Origin: Podarcis vaucheri
Lineage: Eukaryota
Assembly: GCA_965113315.1 (NCBI GenBank)
Contig: OZ220365.1
Direction: 5' to 3' (one strand)
DNA: 64,000 nt
The notes under the pieces are model-generated. The model did not search any database and was not told where the DNA came from. It saw only the letters and a list, made by a program, of their open reading frames with translations. Positions within the stretch are counted from its first letter, which is position 1; each line of letters opens with the position of its first letter. Both the position numbers and the translations under genes were made by a program. This document shows, in pieces, positions 1 to 12,905 of this stretch.

Positions 1-1497
1 GTCTGTAATTTATATTTTTCAAAGTCCTAACTTAATTTCCACCATTTACAAATCTCAATACTGAAGCATGTTTTTCCCGAAAACTTGACAGATTCTCAAC
101 ATTCATATAACTTATAATGTTTTTGTAGATAGTCCTTAAATTTTTTCCAGTCCTCTTCCACCGCTTCTTCTCCCAGATCTCGGATTCTGCCGGTCATTTC
201 AGCTAGTTCCATGTAGTCCATCAGCTGTGAATGCCACTCTTCCAGCGTGGGTAGCTCCTGTGCTTTCCAATGTTTGGCTGTAAGGATTCTTGCTGCTGTA
301 GTTGCATATAAAAAGAAAACTCTATCTTTCTTTAACACTCTCTGGCCCACAATGCCCAGGAGGAAGGCCTCTGGTTTCTTGTGAAAGGTGTACTTAAACA
401 CCTTTTTCAACTCATTATAAATCATTTCCCAGAAAGTCTTCACCCTCGGGCATGTCCACCAGAGGTGAAAAAAGGTACCTTCAGCCTCCTTACATTTCCA
501 ACATTTATTGTCAGACAAATGATATATCTTTGCAAGTTTAACTGGGGTTATGTACCACCTGTATACCATTTTCATAATGTTTTCTTTTAGGGCACTACAT
601 GCCGTAAATTTCATACCGGTGGTCCATAACCTTTCCCAGTCTTCAGACATAATGTTGTACCCAATGTCTTGTGCCCATTTTATCATAGCTGATTTAACTG
701 TCTCATCTTGAGTATTCCATTTAAGCAACAAGTTATACATTCTTGAAAGCACTTTAGTCTTAGGTTCAAGTAATTCTGTCTCTAGTTTTGATTTTTCCAC
801 CTGGAAACCAATTTTCTTATCCTTTTTAAAAACCTCTAGAATTTGGGCATAATGAAACCAGTCTCGCACCTTTCCCTTCAATTTTTCGAAACTCTGCAAC
901 CTCCAAGTATCACCAACTCTTTCTATTAACTCACAATATTTTGCCCAGCCACTCTCCATGTTACGTAGTTTAATGGCCTTGGCCTCCGTCGGTGATAGCC
1001 ACCTCGGGGTCTTATTTTCAAGTAAGTCCTTGTATTTAGTCCAGACAATGAATAGAGCTTTCCTGACAATATGGTTTTTAAACAATTTATGAGACTTTGC
1101 CTTGTCGTACCACAAATAAGCATGCCACCCAAAAGCGTTGCTGTGCCCTTCCAGATCTAGGACATCTGTGTTTTCTAACAGAAACCAATCCTTCATCCAG
1201 CAGAAGGATGCAGCTTCATAGTACAATCTTAAGTCCGGCAGGGCAAATCCCCCTCTTTCCTTTGCATCTGTTAATATCTTAAATTTTATTCGGGGCTTTT
1301 TGCCCTGCCAGACAAACTTTGCAATATCCTTCTGCCACTTTCCAAAGCATTCCACTCTGTCCACGATCTGGAGGGTTTGAAACAAGAATAACATTCTTGG
1401 CAATACATTCATTTTGACTGCTGCAATCCTTCCCGACAAAGAAAGTTTCAATCTTGACCAAATTTCTAAGTCCCTTTTAATTTCAGACCAACATTTT
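1..1497 (-). mobile_element. 5'-truncated L1-clade LINE: 3' part of ORF2 (post-RT region and C-terminal zinc knuckle); 3' UTR runs off the window start
   Basis: Uninterrupted 451-aa ORF 96..1451 with L1 ORF2 motifs (LSLSGRIAAVKMNVLPR, FVWQGKKPRI, GGFALPDLRLYY, CWKC..HLWWTC). The frame extends to about 1497 (KCWSEIKRDLEIWS). Confidence 0.92.
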
Positions 1498-1680
1498 TAA
1501 ATGCTCTGAGTTTTCTAAAGGAGGACCAGTTAGAAATATAACTAAAACTTGTCCATCATTCTTAGCAGTAAAGGCAAATCAGAAATTATAATTGGCTCTT
1601 AAAAGGGCACCCATTGCTATATTTTAAAGGCAAATACACTTTAAGATAAAAGCTTCATGCACTGCAGATTGATGTCTTCC

Positions 1681-1718
1681 AAGCAAGCAAGCAAGCAAGC
1701 AAACAAACAAACAAACAA
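1681..1718. repeat. Compound (AAGC)n(AAAC)n microsatellite
   Basis: Seen directly. Confidence 0.9.
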
Positions 1719-2187
1719 CTATTTGAATAACAGAATAAAGGGTCACTTTAAAAATTCAGAATGTATATTTGTGATTGGGGGTGTTGATTCAGGAATCTGT
1801 TGTAACAGAATTTGCAGAGACAAAGATAATTAAATTTCCACAGAGGTCATCCTGGAGCTGTATTATCTAACTGGCCAGTTGTCAAATACATGACTTAGGT
1901 TTCTGTTATGCTCTGTTGAACTAGCACCTTTCACTTATTGATTGCTGATGACATGATTCATTTGACAGCGGTTTCTATGCACTTTTCTAGTGCTTGTTGA
2001 ATCTGTCCAAGTCTTTAATTTTCAAGGTGATATTAAGTTCATAATAAATTCTCAAAATAACAACTGTGGAATTTGTTTTGCAAAGCAATGTATTTCTTTG
2101 GTTCGTAAAATATTGCTCATGCAGGCTATTTCTAGTGATATCTGTTCCCTTTTAAATCAGAAAAAAAAATTATTTTCTGAAGCAGTA

Positions 2188-2296
2188 CAGTCATGCCTTG
2201 GTTCTCGAACGGAATCTGTTCTGGAAGTCCATTTGACTTCTGAAAACGTTCAAAAACCAAGGTGCGGCTTCCAATTGGCTGCAGGAGCTTCCTGCC
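2188..2296. mobile_element. Truncated Tc1/mariner (Tigger-like) MITE, one end only
   Basis: TA + CAGTCATGCCTTGGTTCTCGAAC; similar to the left part of the 36213-36454 element; no second TIR. Confidence 0.6.
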
Positions 2297-2381
2297 AGCC
2301 AGCATGCCCCATGGTCAGGAGACTATGGGGAATGTCACCCAGCAGCATCTGAATGGCTACATGTTCCTCATTCCTGTTTTC

Positions 2382-2691
2382 GAGAGCTGGTGTGGTATAG
2401 TGGTTAAGAGCGATAGACTCATAATCTGGTGAACAGGGTTCGCTTCCCCGCTCCTCCACATGCAGCTGCTAGGTGACCTTGGGCCAGTCACACTTCTTTG
2501 AAGTCTCTCAGCCCCACTCACCTCACAGAGTGTTTGTTGTGGGGGAGGAAAGGAAAGGAGAATGTTAGCCGCTTTGAGACTCCTTTGGGTAGTGATAAAG
2601 CGGGATATCAAATCCAAACCCCTCTTCCTCCTCCTCCTCCTCCTCCTCTTCTTCTTCTTCTTCTTCTTCTTCTTCTTCTTCTTCTTCTTCT
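2382..2691 (+). mobile_element. Squam3-type tRNA/CORE SINE with (CCT)n(CTT)n tail
   Basis: tRNA-like head with A box (TGGTATAGTGG) and B box (GGTTCGCTTCC), CORE-like GGTGACCTTGGGCCAGTCAC, microsatellite tail; near-identical copies at 7091 and 47431. Confidence 0.88.
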
Positions 2692-3303
2692 AACCATAGT
2701 TATTGACAATTCAAAGGTGACAGTGCAGCATGCTGGTGCATGCCACTGGAACTGTGGGCACTTTGCTGCTCCTGCATTTCTGCTATATTGCTGGGAGCTA
2801 AGTCACTTTTTGGTGTAGTGTTACGTCCAAGCCCAGGCTCCTGGTGCTCTTAGTTTTCTTCTCACAACTAAGTTGCTGTGGAGTGGCAGCCCCCTGGCTA
2901 TTTCCCCAGGCTATTTCCATCCTCCTAAGAATGCTTGTTGCTGCTGTCCTGGGGTGACTGTCTGTCATTCCCACTTACCTTCTCCCAATGCATCAGAAGC
3001 AGTGCCATTGTGAAAGGTCCTGATTAACCAAGCAGGCAGGCGGCCAGCCTAGGCCATACTATGTAGTGGGCATTACCAATGTGCATGGACAGCTCTACTT
3101 ACATGATACAAACTGCCGCTGCTTCATTGCAGCATTTGTTTGATCAGGCATCTGGTAGGCCATTTTGAGGATGGAATGCTGGACTAGATGTCTGATCCTT
3201 CAGGGCTCTTGCATTCTTAAGGTGGTGGAGGATTTACCTGTATGTGCCACATGACCTGTCCTGCACCACCTTAGTTAACTTGCTGGTCTCTGCTGCACTA
3301 GAT

Positions 3304-4137
3304 CAGTGTTTCCCAACCTTTTTTGGGCAAAGGCACACTTGTTTCATGAAAAAAATCTCGAGGCACACCACCATGCCAGATGGGGAAAGGTCACTTTTTA
3401 CTTATGTAAAAAAAATAAAAAAAAATAGTAACAGCATAGAAGGTAATGGTTAGGCTAGCATCCCTCTTCCAAATATGCTAAGTTTCTATTTGCAGGGACT
3501 GTTCTACATGGGAAAGCATTCAGCACTGTCATTCTCCCATCTGCCATCTGAATTGGTACTATTCTGGGTCAACTTACTCTGCTGCATGTGTAGATGAAAA
3601 TGGCACCAAGTGTGGGGGAGGGGGCAGAACAGGTTTCAGATACAGGATATTAAGCATACACGTACTTCAGATTGAACTAGTTGCTTGCTTTGCAAGTTTT
3701 CATTTCCCAAATGACTGCCTTGGCAAGCACAATACCTACCAGGCTCAACGCCGGTCTCGCGCTGCCGCTTCCCGCGCTCTCAAGGACCCGGGAGGAGGAA
3801 GGCGTGAAGGGAATCCCGAAGGCGCGAAAACCTCGCGCATGCGCAGGCCTTCCGCCTGCGACAGCCCAGTAGGCCGGCCAAAGCGAGCGGCGATGGGATG
3901 TGGGAGGGAGCTCGCTCGCCGCCCCGCGTGTGCCTATGTGGGGCACGTTACAGCCCCGTGACGTCAGTGCCACGCAGGCAGCCAGGCAGGCAGACGGCGA
4001 GAGCCCCGCGCTGGGCGGCCTCTCCTCGCCGCCGCCCCGCCTCTCGCCGCCCGACTCGCCCGCCTCCCTCCCACGGCACACCAGGCAACGCCTCGCGGCA
4101 CACTAGTGTGCCGCGGAACACCGGTTGGGAAACACTG
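3304..4137. mobile_element. Non-autonomous hAT (Charlie-like) element with CpG-rich internal cargo
   Basis: Perfect 15-bp TIRs CAGTGTTTCCCAACC / GGTTGGGAAACACTG; perfect 8-bp TSD CACTAGAT (3296-3303, 4138-4145). Confidence 0.93.
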
Positions 4138-5964
4138 CACTAGATGTTGAAAAGAGATTAAGCTGCTATTTTCTGTATATGGAAGGGGGAAGTGGCGCCA
4201 TCTTGTCTTTGCCTCAGGCAACAAAATATCATGGTCCCTCCCTATTCCCTCAAATTCTGTTTCTTTAATATTATTAATTGTTACCAGGTAGGCGATGGCA
4301 TGCCTGTGTAGTAGTTAGGGTAGCGACTGATTCTCTAATCGACTGGGAAGCTTATCTAAATATAAATGAGTTTAAAGCTTTTTGAAACATTTTTTCATGA
4401 ATGATTCCTATTTATAGCTACGTGAATACACAAGCTGGGGAAATCCTTGGTTTAAATCTAAAATTAATGTTTCTGACATTTAGTGGATCTCGCTGCTCCC
4501 AAGAAGTGTTCGACTAATATTTTATTTGGGTACCATTTATTGCTCCACGATTTAGTGGTCTGAGGCAGTGGGGTTGACCGAGGTTGAAGGGGAAAATATA
4601 TGTGCTGCTGCTGGAGGCCAGAATCTATATTAGAGTTCAGAAATACATTAATCTGCTTTGTATATAATCTTCATAAATGCTACTGTCAGTTCTCTGACTG
4701 GTCTAATTCTTAAGGCAAAGCAGTATCATCCATTTTATTTAGAGCAAGCTGATAGCAAAGCAATTATCAGCAAGTCATTTGGTTATGAAGATTATTTCAT
4801 AAGCCAGGGAACCAGAAACAAGCGTACTGTAACAGATTGTGAAAGGGAACTATTCAGAATGACCACAAAGTCATTGCAGATGTACAGCGGAGCATCTGTG
4901 CAACCTTCAGGCAGTCATTTATATACATTAGTGAAGCCATTGGTCTTAGTTTGATTTTTTTTGGTGGTATGCTAACACAAAGATTTATTGTGCCAAATAT
5001 TATTAAAATCTGTTTTGTACATCTGTCCATAAGATATTGAATTAAATAGCTAAATGTACAAGGTGTGTGCATTTCTACTCTTTGGAAGTAAGGTCACTAT
5101 ATGAATTTCTAACACAAGTCTTTCACAGAAATACTTTGTTGTTCTTTGTTCTTCCACAGGCTTTCCTCTTATCAAAACGATTCTCCTTTCCTTACCTACG
5201 AATAAATTTATACATTTGCTTTTCTTGTTGCCTTTGCCTCTATCATTCTTCTCTCCATCTGTTGTTTCTACCTTTATTGAAATTTAAATTATAGGTCCCT
5301 GTCTTTCTTGTTTGCGGCATGTGTTCAGGCATAAAACTAAGCTATATATCCATAGTTTTTTAAAAATAGCCATTCCTCCAGCAGGGAAACAAACCACTGA
5401 GCAGCTCGGTTACCATTATGTCTGAAACAGCAAACTTGTGGTTTGTCTTAGTGCAAGCAAATCACAATCTGAAGCCAAGGTTTGTTCTTGACTTCTTTTA
5501 TATATATATATATCCTTTAACATGGGAAAACCTAAACTGTATTCTTGATCATGGTAGGCTTGGGAGAAACAAAGCTTGAGCTCTGTTGGACATGGTGCTA
5601 AGTCAGCCACTTCATGGTTTGTTTCTCAGCTCAGCTAAGGGAGGAACACAGATTAATTTGCTTAATCATGGTTTATGACTTAAAGTTGTGGCCACTGGTG
5701 ATATTAGATAAACAAAGAATAAAATAAATTAATTTAATCACTGTAGCATGCTCTTTTGAGAAGAATTATGTAACTGATTAGTGCTCTTCAACATTCCTGC
5801 TGTCCAGATTGGTATTGTGCCATACTTCAACAGGCAATTAGGCTTTTGTTTTTGTAGTGCCCTAATATGGAGATTTATTTCTGGAGAGTGCTATCTCATT
5901 CCCCCCCCCAAAAAAAAATTTTGAAGAACCTGGGAGCCCTGTTAGGTCAGACCAAAGGCTAGTC

Positions 5965-6735
5965 TGTGGAGAGAACAATCTGGCTCTTAATACGGCTAAG
6001 ACCAAGGAATTGGTGGTGGATTACAGGAAAAAAAAGGCGGACATTCAGCCCTTGTATATCAACAGGGAACGGGTGGAGAGGGTGGCGGAATTCAGGTTTT
6101 TGGGAGTAGCTATCGATCAGGGCATGACTTGGAGCGCACATACCACTGCTCTGGTGAAGAAGGCCCAGCAGAGAATTTATTTCCTCAGACTTTTAAAGAA
6201 GAACAATCTGAGTGAGAGACTGCTGGTGTCCTTCTACCGAGGCTCCATAGAGAGCATTCTTACATACTGTATTTGTGCTTGGTTCTCCAGTTGTACAGCT
6301 AGGGAGAGGAAGGTGCTCCAGAAGGTCATAACCACAGCCCAAAGGATTATTGGTCATCCTCTCCCATCTTTGGAAGAACTGTACGGTTCCCGTTGTCTTA
6401 GGAAAGCAAATAACATCCTGCAGGATTCATCTCACCCGGGACACTGTCTGTTTGCACTACTGCCTTCTGGCAGAAGATATAGAAACATCAAGTCAAAGAC
6501 AAATAGACTGAAAAACAGTTTCTATCCAAGAGCTGTGGCCCTTTTGAATGCTGTAACTCGTTAGTGTGACCTGGGAGTTTGATGGGTGTGGTGTGGGTGT
6601 GGCTGGAATGTGGTTTGTTTGGTTGTTGTTGTCTTGCTTTTGTTGTTTTAAGGGATGGCATCCAATTTCGTTGCACTTTGTGCAATGTTGCACTTGTGTA
6701 ATGACAATAAAGAATCTATCTATCTATCTATCTAT
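5965..6735 (+). mobile_element. 5'-truncated Rex1/Babar-type LINE: C-terminal ORF, 3' UTR and (CTAT)n tail
   Basis: Open frame CGENNLALNTAKTKELVVDYR..KKAQQRIYFLR..SIESILTYCICAW..LPSGRRYR..NSFYPRAV, stop at 6564; AATAAA then (CTAT)n; CTAGTC at both ends (5959-5964, 6736-6741). Confidence 0.85.
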
Positions 6736-6829
6736 CTAGTCCATCAACCTTTTCCAGTAGTGAACAGCCAGATGCCTACAGGAAGCTAGATGTAGAAAAG
6801 GACTAGTGTAAGTGCTTATTCAGAAATAC

Positions 6830-6938
6830 CGTATTCCCTCATATGAACCTGTCCCTGCTATCAGACATGCTTGATAGGGACACAGAAGAGAGCCTTTTTG
6901 GTGGCAGCTCCCAGACTTTGGAACTCCCTTCCTAGAGA
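6830..6938 (+). mobile_element. Degraded L2 LINE ORF2 3' fragment
   Basis: GAGAGCCTTTTTGGTGGCAGCTCCCAGACTTTGGAACTCCCTTCC encodes a RAF.VAAPRLWNSLP motif. Confidence 0.6.
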
Positions 6939-7090
6939 ACCTGAGAATAGTCTGCTGGATCAGGCCAATGGCCTATCGAATCTAACATACTGTTCTCACA
7001 GTGGCCAACCAGATGACCGTGGGAAATCAGGAAGCAGAATATGAGCACAAGAGCACTCTCCCCTCCCATGGTTTCCAGCAACTGGTATTC

Positions 7091-7343
7091 AGAAGAAGAA
7101 GAAGAAGAAGAGTTTGGATTTGATATCCCGCCTTTCACTCCCCTTCAGGAGTCTCAAAGCGGCTAACAATCTCCTTTCCCTTCCTCCCCCACAACAAACA
7201 CTCTGTGAGGTGAGTGGGGCTGAGAGACTTCACAGAAGTGTGACTGGCCCAAGGTCACCCAGCAGCTGCATGTGGAGGAGCGGAGACGCGAACCCGGTTC
7301 CCCAGATTACGTGACTACCGCTCTTAACCACTACACCACACTG
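7091..7343 (-). mobile_element. Squam3-type SINE
   Basis: Reverse complement of the 2382 and 47431 copies; (GAA)n tail at the left end. Confidence 0.88.
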
Positions 7344-7350
7344 CAAGTCT

Positions 7351-7387
7351 GCTATTCTATTCTATTCTATTCTATTCTATTCTATTC
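7351..7387. repeat. (CTATT)n microsatellite
   Basis: Seen directly. Confidence 0.9.
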
Positions 7388-7405
7388 ACTTCAATTTATG
7401 TACTG

Positions 7406-7512
7406 CAGTGGTGGGAAACCTGATGCCATCTGGATGTTGTTGGACTACAACTCCCATCATCCATGACCAGTGGAGGCCAACAATATCTGGAGGGCCACAG
7501 ATTTCCCAGCTC
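7406..7512. mobile_element. Internally deleted short hAT-type MITE (GGACTACAACTCCCATCAT family)
   Basis: Shares its core with the copies at 14596, 33549 and 53947. Confidence 0.6.
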
Positions 7513-10182
7513 TTATGGTACAGTACACATGAGAGTGCAGTGTCCTATAAATACATGTACACACAGACACTGTCATCCTTGACAGTGTCCATCCTTTCCC
7601 CTTAACAACAGCAGTAATAGCTCAGTGGCCGAGAATCTTTTCCATTTCCTTTTTTCTTACCCAGTTGTGCTCACCCATTATTTGTTCTCAAAATTAAATG
7701 CTTCCAAAAGTGATACTATGTTGGTATTTCATTAACTCCATGGACCACAGCATGGCTCTTGATTCAGACCATTTTCTTGCAAAATGGATTGTTGGTATGG
7801 GTTAGTGAAAACCTCAGGTTGGTTCCTCATCCTTGACCAGTGAGTGAAAGCTTGCCATAGCTAATAGATAATAAAATATATTTTCTCTTTATTGTGCAAA
7901 GCGTAATTCCGTGGCTGTCAAGCTAAACCAAATAAGCTTATTTCACTGAAAACCTACTTTATAAACTACTGGAGGATGATGTCTTCTGGGCTCAAGGCAA
8001 AAGGCAATTTGGCTCAGTGATGAACATGTAGTTATTTTTCAAACCTAAAATACAATTTTAACTAAATGTATCTGGAAAAATCTGTCTGAAACATCCAGGA
8101 ACATGCCATGTCAGGTTGGCATTTTCATACCAATTCATACTGTGCAGCAGTGCTTGTGTCTCTTTTGAAGTAACTTCAACACCAGCAGCAATTTTTGAAA
8201 TGGAAATGTGCTCACTGATGTGATGTGATTGGACCAACTGAGCAGGAGAGTTATTGACAATCTCTCCTCTTGTGACAGATAACAGTGACACTGTAACGCC
8301 GCTTCTTAGGATGTATATATAGAGAGACAGAGACATCAGTGCAGGAGAGGCTGAGAAGCAAAGCTTAGAAGCTGGAAGAAATGCTGCAAATTGGTTTTGC
8401 AGTCAATGATGATTATTAGCCATTCAGTAGAACTTTCCCAATGTCATTTGGCTTGCAATTGTCACACCATTTTGTGTACTGTATGTTGAATACAGTGCAA
8501 TATATGGTGCCAGAGCAGGAGGTTTGCATTGTGGTACAGGATGGTTTGTATATTTAGTAGGAATAAGTTTGACCTCTCCGGGGTAGACATGCATGCACAA
8601 CTCGTCCAACTGAGTTGCTCCATTTACTTCATTAGGCAGTCCAGCTGACAGAGTAATAACATTTGTTCTGAGAGACTTGCCTTTAGATCTTTACTGGGCC
8701 ATAGACATGCTGAGTGGCTTGCGGAAGTTGCTTCTTTTCCATCCTTGGTTTTCTGTCTGTAAATTGAAATATTTGTAATGGTTTTCCATTCCAGGAATGA
8801 GAAATCTCAGGAACAGGGCAGAATGTGTCCCTCCACCCTACGTAGGCTTTAGGTGTCTCTCTAGGCCTCAACCTCATCCCGTGCTAGCTAGGCTTGCTCC
8901 ACCACCTCCTTGAGTGCTTAGCTGTGACTGCTTCATGCGGGCCAGGATGGAGTTGAGCATGTTATGTATAGATACCCCTGACTTTTGCAGGCCTGGAATG
9001 TCATATCCATTACTGGATATGCCAATTTTTTGCTTCTGGTGCTGCCCATTCCTAGCATGCAACCCGTGAAGGTTGCTCATGGGGGAACGTGACATTTGGA
9101 CTGAAAAATGTCCACCATCCCACCTCTATTCCATTATGAAGGTATTCCATATTCTTCATGTTCTGGGATAATCAATAAAACCAAGGAAACGTCATCCTTC
9201 TCAGTCACTGGAATCCAAATCGATCAATAAATATAGGCCTAAATTCATAACAGTTAGGCATGGTTAAGCCTATTGACCTCCAGTGGACTTAAACAGTTAC
9301 CTGTGTTGGATTTAGGCCATATCTGAATGGTTCTGTTATTTATTGACCAATTTCCTTCAAGCTTGTAAATATGGTCATATATGGAAATCTCATCTGTAAA
9401 ACAGAAATTATAAATATCTATTTCTTTAACAGAATTGTTGATTAATGGTTGCAAAATATTCTTTTCAGCCTTAGTATATCAGGATGGCACAAGGAAGAAA
9501 AATATGAGAAGAGGAACCAGATTAGATTCTGAAGAGAAAAGATCTTACACATTAGAAATTTAGTAAAACTGAAACATCTTTATATTTCACATAAATGTCC
9601 AGATCCTGAAGTTGTTTACTCTTAGATAAGTTGCATTGATTTTAATAAGGGCTCTATATATCCAAACTAGTATATTTAAGTATTGCAGAGTTAATTAAAA
9701 TTCTAATTTAAGATTCTATTTGTTTTGTATAATCTTTAGATGTTGCAAAAATGTGAGACTTTTTTTCTGAATCGAGAGCAATGTTGGGAAGCCTTCTCTG
9801 TGTGTGGTTATCCAGCAATCTTTATTTCTTCTACAAAATTCCAAGTGTCTTGACAACATCACAACCCTGCAATCAATAGAACAAATCAACAACAGGCAAA
9901 ATTATAGCAAACTAAGCTGTCAATTGACAGGCATATCCCCAGCTATAGAAAAAAGACGAAAACAATGTGTTTTGATTCTGTTTTAATTGGAGCAGCCTAG
10001 ATAAGCCAGCTTTCCAAAAATATGTATGACAAGCTGGCAGTTATATTTTAAGTCTGCTACTGTTTACATAGAAACCTATCTTCCCAGCCTTGCAGATGAA
10101 TCTTTCTAGAAGTCGGGCTTTTTGCAGGTAGAAATTTTTACTTTTAACAGCTGTAAAACAGGCAAAAATGCAACATGAGATA

Positions 10183-10442
10183 CAGTGGTACCTCTGGTTG
10201 CGAACGGGATCCATTCCGGAGGCCCATTTGCAACATGAAAAGAGCACAACCCGCAGCGGCGCATCTGTGCACACGCAGGTTGCAATTTGCTGCTTCTGCA
10301 CATGCACGTGATGTCATTTTGCGCTTCTGCGCATGCACGAGCGGCGAAACCTGGAAGTAACCCTTTCCAGGGCTTCCGTGTTGCCGTGGGACGTAACATG
10401 AAAGAACGTAACATGAAGCAAGCGTAACATGAGGTATGACTG
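10183..10442. mobile_element. Tc1/mariner (Tigger-like) MITE
   Basis: TA-CAGTGGTACCTC ... GAGGTATGACTG-TA; subterminal CGTAACATGA repeats. Confidence 0.85.
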
Positions 10443-11433
10443 TACTGGAGATTTCAGCTGTTGAATTTCTGTCTCCTAGAGCTGTTAAAAATAATGAGTT
10501 GGATTGAAAATTGCCTAACTAAAAGAGGAGGCAATACAAGTTGGTATGTTAGGTGCCCTGAGAAATGGTTCATAAGAAAGTAGAATGCTTGGATAAGTGA
10601 GCCAATCACATTCCCAGAGCAGCAAGTGAGGATGTTTAGACAGCACCTGGACAGCAGATCTCCAGTGCAGAGAGTGAAAGGGAGGCTTTTCTTGAGTCAA
10701 AGAGGGGGAAAGCTGATATAGCGAGGGTTAAAAAGTATTAGAAATATGTGGAAAACACTTTTCAACACAAAGCATTTACGATTGTTAAAGACGATTGTGG
10801 TTTAAGCCATTTATTATTATTTTTTTTAAAAAATACACGGTGAAGAAGCACATATGGGAGGAAGACAAAGGCTGTTTGTTGACAGTGCTTACTTGGCTAA
10901 GTAAAAGTGGCATGCGAAGGCAAGTAATTCCCTGAGTTATTCATTCTAAAGGTGTGGTTGGTCTGTAGTTAAAACATCAACAGGGTTCTAACTGTGGTTG
11001 CATATGTGTACCTTTGTTCTGCTAGGTGGGTTGATTTGGGGTTTTTTTTTTTACATGTTTGGTAGTGTGAAAAAAGAACATTCAGCAAGTATATGATCAA
11101 TTTATAATTTTTACCATGGGATGTCACTAGAGTGCAGATAGAGATGAACATGTTAAATTGCTATCTTAAGGATTTGTTTAGCTTGCTCATTAAAAATACA
11201 AGCAAACAACCCTTCATTAAAGCATGAATGCATATTGTAGGGATGGAATTCAACACTATAGGAAGTTGAATAATTTTATATTACATTTTTTATTCATTTC
11301 TCCTTCATTTTTGTGATAATTGAGTTTTTGCTGATGTTAGTCTTATCTAAAGTATTTTCCCCACGTTGTAAGCCACCTTGAGCATGGCTTGAACTGTGGA
11401 AAGGTGCCATACAAATAAAATTAGGTATGTATG

Positions 11434-11882
11434 TGTCAGATGGCAATGGTGGTTGCTCGTGAGTAACCAGTCAGGACACCGACCTGTCTTTTACAGGTTT
11501 TAGTTTGGTGCAAAACTATTTACAGTGCAGAGCCACAAATTCATGTCTGCCTCAATCGCTAGCAGAATCCGGGAGTGGTCGTTTCCGGGTCCTCCCCCAA
11601 CATAAGAGCTTAGTTACCCCCAGCCTTTTCCTTCCTTCTTTGCGTTTTACACCTCTGCGCAGGGTGGGCAACGGAAGAGACGTGCTTCCCTCCTGGCCGG
11701 CTTGGCCAGGAGCGGTGCTGAGGCTCCCAGCAGCATCCTCTGGTCCCTTCCCCTCTTCCCTACTGGAGGTGTGGCTTTCCCCACCACAGGAAGAGGAACT
11801 GCTTCTCAAGATTTTCGGAGGTTCCCTGTAACCCAACTGCCCCTCTGCTTCCCTACCCTGTTCCGATGGCAGTACCCTGACA
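11434..11882 (-). mobile_element. Solo LTR (probably Gypsy-type)
   Basis: TGTCAG...CTGACA inverted ends; 5-bp TSD GTATG/GCATG (1 mismatch); orientation inferred. Confidence 0.72.
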
Positions 11883-12414
11883 GCATGTATGTAAAGTAAT
11901 GTGCAGATGAATTTGGATAAGGTGTTTTGGCATGTTCAGTTACAAGTTAGTGTGTTGTGTACGTTGATGAAAGCTTTAGATTCAACTCTTGCTTGCTTTT
12001 GGATTGCATCCAGCGATGTGATTTCTAGATCCACCGAGCCATCAATGAAGACCCGCTTAGCTGGGTATGCATGTATATTCATCACTTAACTGAATTATCA
12101 AACCATTACTTCCATGTGGGAATGGCTCGCCGCAAGGAAAGTGAACTTTAATTTCATCTTGCCTCATGTCAAAGGCAATATTTTTTTAATGGAGTCAGTT
12201 CACGCATTCAGCTACCCATCTCTAACGGAGCTTGCCAGAGGTCGAACAATGTGGTTCAGACAATACACAGTATTCACATGTAGTAAAGGAGGGTAGGAGG
12301 AGCCATGGAGGGGAGATGTGTGTCTTGGGATCCTGGGTTGTCCTGCTGAACGCTGATGGGTGCTGTTTTGTGTTTGGAGTCCTGAGGCAGGGCTACTTGC
12401 TATAGGCACAGAAG

Positions 12415-12905
12415 CGTTAGAATTCTGTTGAGGTTCCTGTTTGTGTTCTGGAGGCTGTTTTGTACAATTGCCAGGAGGTCCTACACACAAATAGGAGTCT
12501 GGCAGAGACAAATGCCCGACTGGCATGTTCTATCCCTTCTGGTCCTTCCTTCGAGAGATTCAAAATCTTTCTCCAGCCTGAACATCACAGCGACTGAAAC
12601 CTTAGAGGCATCAGCACACTTCAGGATCAGCAGAGTATAGGCAGTCAGCGTACAGACTCAGTAGCGCAGCATTTGGCTAAACTACGTTTATTTACATATA
12701 CACATTAGGAGCACCGTAACTCAGCTCCTTCCTCTTCAGCATCAGAGAGCAAAGAGAAAGAAGAAAGGACAAACGTCCTACATCACGGAAACACAGTAAT
12801 ACAAACATCCTGTCTCCATGACTTCCCACAATGTGGAATGAAAACATACACCGTCATGTAATAAAAACAATCCCATGACTGCAACACGGGAAAAGAATCC
12901 TAACA
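12415..12905 (-). mobile_element. Solo LTR
   Basis: Ends CGTTAGAATTC / GAATCCTAACA (imperfect inverted repeat, left TG reads CG); 4-bp TSD GAAG; TTTATT (minus-strand polyA signal) near 12687. Confidence 0.68.

Noticed and set aside
3677-4224. GC-rich ORFs and CpG island as SMYD3 exon 1
   Set aside because: No SMYD3 N-terminal motif (G.G.GLR, C..C) in any frame; the block lies inside a TIR/TSD-bounded transposon.
8050-9230. Possible ancient LINE remnants (also about 21230-21560, 30930-31620, 39350-39700, 43190-43520, 52370-52620)
   Set aside because: Too degraded to assign family or boundaries without a profile search.
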